From contig NC_068988.1 in the NCBI RefSeq assembly GCF_001194135.2, positions 55,132,870-55,196,869 of the forward strand: DNA of 64,000 bases, written 5' to 3'. This document shows positions 51,836 through 64,000 of this stretch, piece by piece. How positions within the stretch are numbered: position 1 is the stretch's first letter; each line of letters begins with the position of its first letter. This DNA is from Octopus bimaculoides (Eukaryota). A model generated the notes under the pieces. The model was not told where the DNA came from. It did no database searches and saw nothing but the letters and a program-made list of their open reading frames with translations. A program made the position numbers and the translations under genes.

Positions 51836-54526
51836 AATATCAATATATTATAAACTACCAACAAAAATAATGTAGTCAGAGTTATGAGGTAGCTTTAGTC
51901 CTGTTTTGCTAAGGACTATTGAACCACACACACATAAAACACTTTTTCAAAAACTTCTTGTCAGAATATGAATAGGCTCATTGTATTATCAATGAGCAGA
52001 AACATGACTGATGTAAGATGGGCCAAGGTCGAATATAATTTTATTTTGTAAGTCCTTGCCTTCTTTAGTAAATTCCATAAACATTTAACATAGTAATTTC
52101 AGTAATGCATGCAAATGTTTAAAACGAGGCACGTCGTCTCCATTTTCATATCTGCTTTCTATGCTGGCCTTGGTCGGATGAGTCGTATATCTGTATCATT
52201 TCTTATTGGGAGATCCCTACATCCTTAGATGTGTCATTTGATTTGGTTTCTATGACTGGGTGCTGATCCTGTTACTAACCACTTTACAGAGTGTACTGGG
52301 TACATTTTCTTGTATCACTAATTCTAAAGTGGTTGAATAGCCATTGGCCACACAGGACTAAAGCTACCTCACAACCAACCCTATACTTTCTCAACTCCTT
52401 TGCCAACCACTTTACTGTATGTACTGGATATATTTTTTGTGGTACCAACCCTAGACAGGTGTCCTCACTCACAAGTTACTGTAGAGTTAATGTGGTTTTT
52501 ATCATGGCACCAGCACAAGGGTGAGAGGCATGTCAGCAGTACTTGTAATAAAGAATTTGACCTAAGAAGTGGGATAGAAGGAATGAAAACAGTAGAAAGG
52601 CTTGAAATGGATGACTGGGTGTAGGTGTGTGTGTAAAGGTTAAGTACAGAGAGGGTATGTACATTGTCTCAGGTGACAAGCATTGTACAAAAACGAGCTT
52701 CTGTTTGATTCAAATAATCTACCTTTTTTTTTTTTTTTTTAAAGAAAGTGTTGAGCTTCAGACAATTGATAACCGCTGCATTTAGTTAGTATTCTTCCAG
52801 GGTGCTGGCACAATATAAAAAGCACTAGTGCTTGTGCCACATAAAAGGCTCTGGTACTGGGGTCATGTACAAGGCTCTGGTGCTGGTGCCATGTGAAAAG
52901 CTCTGGTGCTGGTGTCACACGAAAGGCTCCGGTGTTGGTGCCACGAAAAAAGGCTCTGGTACTGGTTCCACACAAAAAGCACCCAGTATACTCTGTAAAA
53001 TGGCTGGCGTTAGGAAGGGCATCCAGCTGTAAAAACCAAGCCAAAACAGACTATGGAACCCTGTGGGCCCTGGCCATGCCAGCTCCTGTCAAACCATCCA
53101 ACCTGTGCCAGCATGGAAAATGGATGTTGAATGGATAATAATGATGATGATGCACTCTCTGAAAGGAAAAAAAAAAGTGGATGGTCATAGCTGAATATCT
53201 TTGATAATAGATATGTTGAATCAGGGCAAACCTGACATTAAAGAACACCTTGTCTTGCACTGAAAGAAATATTTGAGCTAAAAATTCAAGTTAGGGAGAT
53301 TATGAGGTCAGCATCATTAGAATAGTGATTTTGATTGCTGTCATAATTTGTTTTGGCAAGCTTTGATGTAGAACTCTCTCTCTCCCCTATACAAAACGGA
53401 ATTCAAATGAAATAATTATACTTGTGAATCATCTGTGTTGAATATAATAGACTCCAACAAGTATTGAAAGCATGGTCCTTTAGTTACCTGTGACATAGTT
53501 TTTCTATATATCCTTCACTTTTTTTCCACTCCCACTCTCTTAAATTTGTTTTTTTTAACTGTAAAATTACTTTATATGAAGACTAAATGTTTACAGTAAC
53601 TGAATCTATATTTGTATCTTTGTAGTGCTTTCTAGCTAAGTATCTTTAAATTAGTACTTTGATGGTCTATATGAGAACGGATGAGGGTATCGATCATTGT
53701 GTGTGTGTTTGTGTGTGTGCACGCGTGTGCACCTGAGCAAACAAAATAGCAATGTTTTGTCCTTCTTTTAGGGTTTAGTTAAGTAACCCCACCCACTTGT
53801 AAGCTAAGATCTAATTATAGTACCTTAAGAATGATGAAATCGCTGCCCACTCACATTTATGATGAAGGTCACTTTGTGATTGAGTCATCTTCCACATCTC
53901 TGTGTCTGCATGTGTCTGATATATGCATCTATTTATAACTTCCATTTTTGTAATTAGTCTGCAGTAATCACTAAATATATTCTATTAAATGCAGTTGCAG
54001 TTAATTTGCTATTTGCGATTATTGTACTTTTGGAGCTGTTCCTATTTGTTTTGAGACAATTTGCTGGCTTTTTGGAGAAAAAGAAAGAATCAGCACTGTA
54101 TCATTTGGATTGTCAGTTCATATACTTTACTAAATGAATTGTATTATATCTCAAATTGAAGAGTGACAAAATAGACAACTAATATACTTATAATGTTGTT
54201 GGATGGGTGATAGATATGAACTTTCTATTTCACTTTTGGTATCAAATAAAGGCTTTATGCTTGAATCCTGATCAGTTAGTTCTCTTTTTGAGATGAGTGA
54301 GACAATAATTGTGGTTGTTCTTAGCCCAAGTCTGCCTAGCCTTGATTAGACAAGCTTGTCGTCAAAAGTGTTCCATTCATGAGCACTCTGTTCTTATTCT
54401 GGGTATTTTGTACCTAAGATTACACCATCCAATGTGTTTCTTTTCAGTTTGAGGGTATTTGGCTGCTACTCCTAGCAGGTCAACTGACCATATATGGATT
54501 CCCTCATGGGCTTGTGAGACAATAGT

Positions 54527-54580
54527 CCTCATCGCCGGCGGCGGCAGCAGCTCTCATTTCTAAGGTATTTTTTGATGTTG

Positions 54581-54612
<32 letters not shown>

Positions 54613-54895
54613 TAGGTCACTGCCTGGAGTGGAACTTGGAATCTTGGGGTTAGCAGCGCGTGGGCATATGGCGTAGTGGTTAAGAGCGTGAGCTACTAAC
54701 CCCAAGATTCCGAGTTTGATTCCAGGCAGTGACCTGAATAATAATAATAATAATAATATCAAAAAATACCTTAGGAATAAGAACCCAAGTTCGAAATTTC
54801 CCCAAGACACCTGATGAAGGCTGAAGGGTATATCAGCCGAAACGTGTTAACAACAGACAAGATGAGGACAAATATCTGTCTAATGTAAATAATGG
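54527..54895. mobile_element. Head-to-head tRNA-headed repeat with a Penelope-type hammerhead motif
   Basis: Inverted arms lie at ~54553-54657 and ~54690-54783. The A box is TGGCGTAGTGG (54669) and the B-box-like motif GAGTTTGATTCC (54712), followed by (AAT)n. The hammerhead-like core CTGATGA..GAAAC is at 54811-54843. Confidence 0.75.
54806..54848 (+). ncRNA. Degenerate minimal type-I hammerhead ribozyme motif
   Basis: Sequence is GACAC-CTGATGA-A-GGCTGA(8-nt loop)TCAGCC-GAAAC-GTGTT. The stem III/NUH triad appears to be missing in this copy. Confidence 0.6.
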
Positions 54896-55576
54896 TACTT
54901 ATTCTGTCAGTCGCTTTTGCTGGACTGCTTAGTTAAGAGCTGTAAACAAACCAACACTAGATGTCGAACAGTGTGGGGGCCAGTGACAAACATCCACTAC
55001 ACTCTCAGAGTGGCTGACGTTAGGAAGGGCATCCAGCTGTAGAAATCATGCCAAATCAAATTGGAACCTGGTGCAGCTCTCAAGCTTACCAGTTTTCAGT
55101 TAAACCATCCAACCCATACCAGCATGGAAAGTAGACATTAGATGATGATAATGATATATGTCTATGTATGTGTGTGTGTGTATATATATACACACATATA
55201 CACATGCAACAGAGTTCCATGCAGTGTCTGTTTACCAAATTCACTCAGAAAGTATTGGTTGGCTGGGGGTCATAGTAGAAGACATTGGCCAAGGTACTGC
55301 ACAGTGGAACTGAACCTGAAACTATGTGGTCGCAAGGCAAGCTTCTTAACCACACAGCCATGCCTGCTTGAACAATTTGTTGGGTTTTAAATTTTGTGTG
55401 GTTAGGTGATAGGTGACATTCCATTTGGTTCTTAAAATCTATTTGCACTTTATTCTGGTGGCATACCAGCTTAAAGAAAATGTTAAGGTTGTGTTTATTT
55501 GCATTTGGTATCTTATGTCATTGATGATGTGTGAACATAACTTTATACAAACATAGCTATATACTTGGTAGGTAGT

Positions 55577-55645
<69 letters not shown>

Positions 55646-56580
55646 TACGTACATCCCAATTTTATGTGGGGGACACGTGGTGTATAAGTGTTTATTAGCT
55701 GACAGTTTATATTAGTATAACACTGAAATTAGGGTAACTCTTCTTGAAGCTGTGGAAAAAAAGTATCTTACTATTATATTTAGATTGTCAGACACCTGCT
55801 TGTTTGAACTAAAAACATTTTGGAATGTGGGTAGATGTTAATCAAATAATTAGTAAATAGGTTTGAAAATAATTTTTGACAAAAAATATTTTGATTTGCT
55901 TTGCTTCTGTTTGATTAGTGTTTGGAAGGTTCTGAAAATTCAAACCCTTTCATTATTCTTTAACTGGGCATATTATTAAGTGTTGTTTGCGGTGGCAGCA
56001 GCATCATCATCATTGATTCTATATGTCTTTTTTTTTTCTTTCCTTACCTTGTTTGTCATAGGTTGGACAGATCTTCATCTCATGTGTGCATCTTTTTAAG
56101 ATGATAGAGTGAGATTTGAGGGCTATTTGCCTTCTGTATGTAGCAAGGTCAATGACCACACACAAACACTCTTTCCTTAGCTAGTTTACAGATGTGGCAT
56201 TATAAAGTGGATGCTTTATAATATTTAGATTTAATTAAGTAGTGTAATAGCTGAGCTGGTGAAATATTGTATGCTTGAGATATTTCATTGTATATAAGCA
56301 AGGTATTAATTTCACATGACTCTTTCCTATGGTTGTGAGCAGCAGGTATTGTGTTTTCTTGAGATTGTTATGCAGTGTCTCTGTTTTTTAATGCTACACA
56401 CTCTGGAGACCAGTACTGAGTTGATATGAGTCATGGCGATACTACAGATTGTTGATCCATTTGAATAAAAATGGATGTATAAAATATATATGAAAAGTTG
56501 ATTAAGTGAAACAGCAAATAGAACTGGTTACAAAAAACAAGACTTAAATTGAACATATGTCTTGAACTATATCTATATAC

Positions 56581-56624
<44 letters not shown>

Positions 56625-58844
56625 AACAAGAAAAATCACATAAAACAAACAAAAAATAGTGTATTTTAAAAAATGAGGCCATTTGGAATTGAATGTTTTT
56701 CAATGTAAACTTGTGTGTTGTGAGACTCCAAACATGTTTCTAGACACTTGTACATTAAACTTGTGACAATGATTATAATGAACCTTATGTCAAGTTGACT
56801 CTTCATAATATATCAGGAAGAAAATAGCTGAAATGTTGCAAATATAGCTCAATATATGCAGCGTTTCACAATAATTTTGTTGTAAACCAGATACAAGAGA
56901 TGAGTGTGAAGTGCATAGTGCATTTCAATTTTTTGAAATAGTTCAGTTGCCTACTGATAAAGCTTTTAAGAATCATCATCACATAAACTATTTTACATGT
57001 GTTTTCCTGTTGTGCCACAGGCAATACAGCTAAATAAATAAGATTAAAGAAAAAAGTTCAAGATATTAGCAGTTTGGAAAGGGGGGGGGGAATGACTGCT
57101 TAAGTGTAAACGAGTAGCTGTTTACAGAAAAACATGATGTGTGAAAACCTGAATGAGTATCTTGGTGAAAATACATATGAAAGTAGAGACAGGTAGCTGG
57201 ATAAGAAAAGTAGATATGAAATTAACAGGTAGCTGGCAAAAACGAATTTCATCATCAGCATTTTAACTCCTATGTTTCTACATTGACATGAATTGTACAG
57301 CTTTCATCATCTCATTTGTGAGGGTCCTAGCTTCATCAGATGTCTCCTTGCTGCTTCTTCCCATTTCTACCTCTGCAATGATTACTTTTCACTGGCAGTG
57401 CATGGAAATTTTTTTTTTGTCCTGTATTTATCGTTCAGTCACATGGCATGGTTGTCTACAGCACAGTTGTCTGACAAATACTTCAGCTGATGTCTTTATT
57501 GACGAACTGGCGCAGGTGTGGTTGTATGGTAAGAAGATTGCTTGCTAACCATATAGTTTCAGGTTCAGTCCCACTATGTGGTTCTGTGGGCAAGTGTCTC
57601 CTGCTATACCTTTAGGCTGACCAGAGCCCTTTTGAGTGGATCTGGTGGATGGAAACAGAAAGAAGCTTGTCATATACATGTGTGTGTGTGAGTGTGTGTG
57701 TGTGTGTGTGTTTTACTGTCTCCTTAATTTATCATTGTATAATAGTTGTAAATGAGTGTCACTGTCATACAAGCAGTGTCCTGCATTTTCAGTCTTCTGT
57801 GAAAACAGGTCTGGTTATGAGAAAACTGGTGAAGGTTGGTGACAGAAAGGGCATCCAGCTGTAGGAAATTTGTCTGAACCAGTTCTTTCCGATCATGTGA
57901 GTATGGAAAAAAGGACATTAAAACGACGATGATGATGATGTTCTCTTCGCTAACTTCTGTTTCCACTTTTCATGCAGTTCGCAGCACATAGATTATGTTC
58001 ACCTTTGAAAGTGTTGATTTTTTTTTTCTTAACTTAAGTAGATTTATACAGACGGGACAATGAGAGAATGTGATGTTTATATCCTTTTAAAGACATTAAT
58101 CAAAAATAACTGATATTTCTAACTGGTAAATGAAACTAACTCGCAGAGAGAGTGCTTCTACAAGAATGAGGGACAGCATGAATATCTAACTGGATCAATT
58201 ATAAAATGTCAAAATTGCTGAAGCAAGAAGAGTAAATATGCTATCATCATCATCATCATACATGTTTTACTTGCAGGTATAGGCAGGATAGTTTGACAGG
58301 GTATTATGAACTGCAGTGTTTCATCAAGCTCCAGTGTGAGCTTTACCATGGTTTCTATGGCTAGATGCCCTTTCTAATACCAACCACTTTACAGTGTGTA
58401 CTAGGTGCTTTTTTGTGTGACACAGGTACTAGTGAGGTCACCAAGTAACTTGGTAATATGTTTGTATCTTTGTCAGTTGCTTATGTTTGATATAAAAGAC
58501 AATTGCGTGGCTAGATATTGAACTACCGGCTAATTGGTTACAGGTTTAAATGTACTGCAAGTGTCTTAACTGAGTGGAACATCATATTCTCTATTATCTC
58601 AGTTCACTTAATTATCAGAAATAGGAATGAGATCATCTGGTAATATTATCTGCAATTGATTTGTGTCCTAAGAGTCTGTAGCTAAGCACTAACCTTAACC
58701 CCACAACTCTCAAATTAAACCACTTGACCCTTTAGAAATACCAGCCAAATCTTCCTCAGATTTGAATTGTAATTCTGTTGATGTACACGAGCTTTATTTT
58801 AGTTAATTTTGAAAATAACGAAGAACAATAACTATCATTATTAA

Positions 58845-59065
58845 CCCTTTAGCATTCAAACTGGTCATATCCGGCTCAAAAATTCTTTTTTTTTTTTTGT
58901 TCAAACTGGCCAGGTCTAACCTCTTACATCTACCCTACATTGTCATTTTAAAAATAAACAATCATATCATTGAAATCTCAAAACTATGAGATAATTCACT
59001 ATTGATTCAAAGCAATGTGAATAAATAAGCATTAAATTTGATTGAATAATCTGAATGCTAAGGGG
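58845..59065. mobile_element. piggyBac-type MITE
   Basis: Ends are TTAA|CCCTTTAGCATTC ... GAATGCTAAGGGG|TTCA. The 13-bp TIR has one mismatch and the right TSD is degenerate. Confidence 0.75.
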
Positions 59066-62000
59066 TTCAGTGAGTATTTGGAACATAAATTAACATGATG
59101 TTTTGATGGGAGATTTTCATTTATTTTGTTCTTTCTAGGGAGAGTCATTATGGTCATATAATTAACACACACACACACACACTGGTTCAATTCCACTCCT
59201 TTTCTTTATTATTAGTCAATTGGTTAAATAACCAACTAACTAATTTGTTTAGTTTGTCAAAGTGCTTTCGTTGCTACATAGTCCTTTATAGAGATCTTGT
59301 TTGTTTCACTTTCAAACAAGTAGTTTGTACCATAGAACCAATGACAGTCTCAAGCAGGTTGGTATCAAAAAGGTTTAATGTCTTGAGAATGGAAAGTCGT
59401 AGATAAATTATTATTTTTTTTTGTTTTTTGTAAATGTGGAGTAGTCACATGGGCTCTCAACAAAAGCCGACTTGAGCATAAACAATTACAAGCCACTTGG
59501 AGCTTTGGAGGCATTTTAATACTTTACAGTAAGTAGAAGCTATTCTGATGATTAGGTAGAGGATTCCATTTGTTGGAAACTTAGCTTTGTTTCTAATAGT
59601 TGCTGGTGCACCTGAAGCTGGATTGTCGGTGAATCTGGAGTGTGCTTACCTGTGAACTTAGCTTGAGGAGCTGCTGTGTATATTTCTAATAATAATTGTC
59701 TGAATGTGAAAAAAGCTTTTTTTTAGAAGCATATTGTTGTGATATTGAAGGATGGGGAAGAGGAAATTGTATTGCATCCCTCCCTAATCATATGTTTTAG
59801 TTCAGGGTCAGAGAGTTATGAATGACTGATAAGAAGAACTGTGTTGGTTTCATCATCATTGTTATCATCTGTTCACAGATGATATCTAGACTTTCACCAT
59901 CATCGTCATTGTTAGAAGTATCAAATCATCAGCAATTGCTCCATTATGATTATCAATAATATCCATATATTCACAAACCAATAAAGGAACCAAAGTGGGG
60001 TTGCAAGAAATAACAACTACGTCGCCTTCCTGGCACTTGTGCCGGTGGCACGTGTAAAGACATTCAAGTGAGATCGTGCCAGTGCCGCTGGACTGGCTCC
60101 TGTGCAGGTGGCACGTAAAACACACCATTTTGAGCGTGGCCGTCACCAGTACCTCCTGACTGGCCTTCGTGTCGGTGGCACGTAAAAGCACCCATTACAC
60201 TCTCGGAGTGGTTGGCGTTAGGAAGGGCATCCAGCTGTAGAAACTCTGCCAGATCAGATTGGAGCCTGGTGTAGCCATCTGGTTCACCAGTCCTAGGTCA
60301 AATTGTCCAACCCATGCTAGCAAGGAAAGTGAATGTTAAACGATGATGATATCCTTTGAATAACACACTGCCCTCTTTAAAAACAGAGCGATACATTTGA
60401 TGGTGTAGTCCAGATGCTCTTCGCTTTAGAAGTAGAAGGAAAAAAACGAAACAAAATTAAACAGACTGGAACTTGTCACAGCTGGAACATCCTTGATCAT
60501 AGCCCTATCATCAACCTCAACATCTACCATTAATTAATTTAATGACATTTAATTAAAAGGCATCCATACTAGTGACACACAAAAAAAAGAAAAAACATCC
60601 CATACACTCTTTGGAGTGGTTGGCATTAGGAAGGGCATCCAGCTGTAGAAACGAAGCCAAAACAGACTGGAGCCTGGTGCAGCTCTCTGGCTTACGAGCT
60701 CCAATCAAACCATCTTTCTCATGCTAGCATTGAAAACAGGTGCTAAATGATGATGATGATACCATTGACTTCTAAATATAAATTTATGAGTCAAAGAGGG
60801 TGCCTCTATGTGGTCACTTGATCTGCTAGAAATAGCAGTTAACTCTTAAAAAGAAGGGACTTGGATAACAAAGGCCATTGTATACAAATAATTGGATTGG
60901 TCATGGCTAGTTTGTTTTTGATTGTAAGTTTGTGCAATCAATTAGGACTAATTTGGGACTAACCGACAAGTATAAACTATCCAAGTGATGTCCTTAACTT
61001 ATGTCTCTGTAAGAATTTGGGTCTATTCTATTTTATTTAGTAATATTGCTCTCACTAATATGGTGTGTTTCATATTTTCAGAAGTACCTACTCACTATGT
61101 CTTGCCAGCTTTTAAAAATTTATAAGTAAGTGAGCAGTATTAGTGCTTGTGGTCTTTGCAACTTTCCTGAGAATGGCCTTGATCACAGGTGAGATTGATG
61201 CTATGCAGCTGATGCCCTGTTTGGACAGCTGCAGAATCAATAAGTGCAAGAGAAATGATCTGAGTGCCTGCAACAGAATTTTTGCCAAAAGCAGCCAGGT
61301 GGTGATGTTAAACTAGGTGACATGTTAGAACAAAAAATGGGCAGTGGTGTTTTATTGAGAAGCGAGCTATAGAGAGCTTGTCCTATTGGATTCAGAGACA
61401 CTTCTACCCTGAGTTAGTCATTTGTAGTTTTAGGTGACCAATACTTTTTGCATTGGTTCTATGACAAATGGTAGTTAGAATGTGAGAGTGAATGGTGTTA
61501 TTTCTATTTTGTATCATTTCTGAGTTCTGCAAGGAGAGGCAGGCAACTAATTGCCATTCTCTCTCTACTGCATTATTGCAAATGGTGGAATAATTGATGA
61601 GATTAAATAAGATTAACTGCTTTGTGAATCCAGTTTATTTGCCAACTATTTCATGTCTGCTTTTCAACTTGTTATTATTTTGTTGTTCTTCTCACTGTAT
61701 TTTCAATTCTCTAATGTGAGCTAATTACAATTACTGTACAAACCTAGTTCTGAATGAGATACGATCTGGTTTAGAGGAATTCCACTTCATACTTTCATGA
61801 CCACAGCTCTGGTCAGTGCCCATTGAGGTCACTAAGTGTAAAACTGACTATGTATAAACATCATTATTTAATTGAATATTTTATATCTTACATGGATAAC
61901 GTGAAATCTTTCTTACAGTTTTCATGAATGGTCTGTGTATATACTTCTGTTATTTACTTTTCATGTAACATCCTATATCACACAATATCTATTATTCCTC

Positions 62001-63620
62001 ATTGTTTAAGCTGCAATAGTCTTGTGGTTAAGGCGCTAGACTACTGATTATCTGATAATAAATATTCAAAACTTGCCACAGCTATATTATAGTTATATTT
62101 AAGTTGTTATAATAATGGAAAGTGCTATGATGTAGTTAAAAAAAAAGTGAACAAGAATTCAACCACTTCCTCTTCAGGCTCATATCTACTTACAGTACTA
62201 TATTTTAAATGTAAATCATGTTATCAATTTAACTCTTAAGATCGCACATACCACTGAGTTGCAATCTGAATTTTGTGTTATTAATTTACAAGAACTTGTG
62301 AGGTGAATTGCAGTCACCAGGTGCATTGTCATAACTTTTATGTTGATCTATAGAATCAGGTTTCCTTTTGGGCAGTCTTTTGGTTTGTTGAAGTACCATT
62401 CCTTTCCCCGAACCTTTTATTACATGTTGGTAGCAGAGATGTGAACTTGAAATTTATGATGCCCTTTCTCACAAAATGTATTGGTATCAATATATTATTG
62501 ATGGTCTTGCTCAGTTTGGATTGTATTCTAGGGAGTGAAAGTTGTCATGCACTGACTGGCAAAGGCTGCATTGCCTGTGGTCATCTCAGGACATTAAACA
62601 TAGGTAAACATGATGGGACAGCAAGATGGTTGTAATATATTCTGATAGCCTTGTTGCATGATTATAACCAACCATTACACAGCAATGTTAAGCATAATAC
62701 CACCTATGCGAATCTTGGCATATCTGGAATATAAGACATAAAGGTTTGATTAATTACTTTTATGCCATGGATCTATTTCAGTACATTTGACCAGACAATA
62801 CTACATCAACAATGATAACATTAACTGTGGGTATTAATTTCTTATATTGCCTTACAGATTGAGAAATAAAGGAGAAAATAAGGATTTTGTAAGAGCATTA
62901 GCATTTGGACAGTTGAAGAATTTACTTACCTATCACATGGTTTCTAGTTCAGTCCCACCGTATCACAACTTTGGCAAGTGTCTATAGCTGCAATCTTGTA
63001 TATATTTCTTTTGTAAACAAATAATACAATATTACATAAGTGTTTTGTGGCTAATAAAGAAAGATATAATGCTTCTTTCTTTTCTGGAAACTCGCCATGT
63101 ATTGGCAGCTGATGGCTCGCAGACTGGGGCCAGTCTGTGGACCACCACTTTGAGTAGCATTGCCCTATGTTATTGTGCCTAGCCATTTCTAGCATCCTAT
63201 GTGTTGATGTGCCTAGATTCTGTTAAGTCCTATACTTTATCTATATATAAATGGGTAAAGGGCTTCCTTCAGTCATGAATGACCATGGGATTGCCCCTAG
63301 AAAGTTTTCCTCCAAGACACAAGTCTGGGCAAAGTTGTTTATGGAAGACCAACATTTACCCATGCATACCAGCCTCCCCTCTCCATGCTACTGATGTTAT
63401 CCAAGGGAAAGGCAAAGACTGATACAGCTTTGCACCAGTGATGCTGCAACTCATTTCTACAGCTGAGGGAACTGGAGCAATGTGAAATGAAGTGTCTTGC
63501 TCAAGAACACAACTCACAACAGGAATTGAACTCACTACCTCATGATTGTGAACCTAATGTTCTAACCACTGAGCCATGTGCCTTTTATCTAAATATGTTT
63601 TCCCAAATGAAATAGCACTA

Positions 63621-63664
<44 letters not shown>

Positions 63665-64000
63665 CACACAGTCTGTTAAAGTCTGTCATACCGGCCATGA
63701 TGAAATACTACAAAGCATAGAAAATATGAAATTCCACGCCTTTATATATTTATATATTTAATCCTTTATATTGAACACTCAATATTTCATCTATTCAATA
63801 AGACATATTCCATATATTCAATAAGACATTCAATACTTTATTTCATAGTACCATCCATTTTTATTTTATATTATATATTGTATATTATATTATATATTGT
63901 ATATTCCATACTCTATATCCCACATTGGTTTTGCAGGAATATAAATAAAACATAAAAAACAGACAGTGTTGGAACTCTTTTAAACAAAATAATATATTCC

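Noticed and set aside
54663-54735. tRNA gene call for SINE heads (also ~42645-42700 and 62015-62070)
   Set aside because: No complete cloverleaf or acceptor stem, and each is embedded in a repeat body.
23742-64000. Search for ROCK exon 2 (expected D-x-x-x-ALVxDxDxPxxRxxKNI-like, phase 0)
   Set aside because: No matching exon was seen by manual scanning, so it is presumed to lie beyond the window. A missed exon cannot be fully excluded.

Overview
AT-rich, microsatellite- and SINE-saturated eukaryotic DNA with six N-gaps. The repeat families resemble those of an octopod cephalopod (Octopus); this is an inference from repeat content. The only host coding sequence I can support is the first coding exon of a Rho-associated kinase (ROCK)-like gene (+, 23643-23741). 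It sits in a CpG-retaining domain (~21-29.6 kb) and is followed by an intron of more than 40 kb that runs off the window. The rest is transposon debris: RTE LINEs (one interrupted by an LTR-less Gypsy gag-pro-RT block, one with a 5' inversion), CR1/Jockey-like and L1/Tx1-like LINE remnants, a solo LTR nested in a piggyBac-type MITE, hAT and Tc1/mariner remnants, and many tRNA-derived SINEs. The most notable observations are a head-to-head, tRNA-headed element with a Penelope-type hammerhead motif (54.5-54.9 kb) and a 97%-identical 190-bp inverted duplication in the ROCK intron. Also of note are an RTE with twin-priming geometry and a strand-symmetric putative bidirectional promoter. Almost all ORFs in the supplied track are microsatellite, gap or repeat artefacts.
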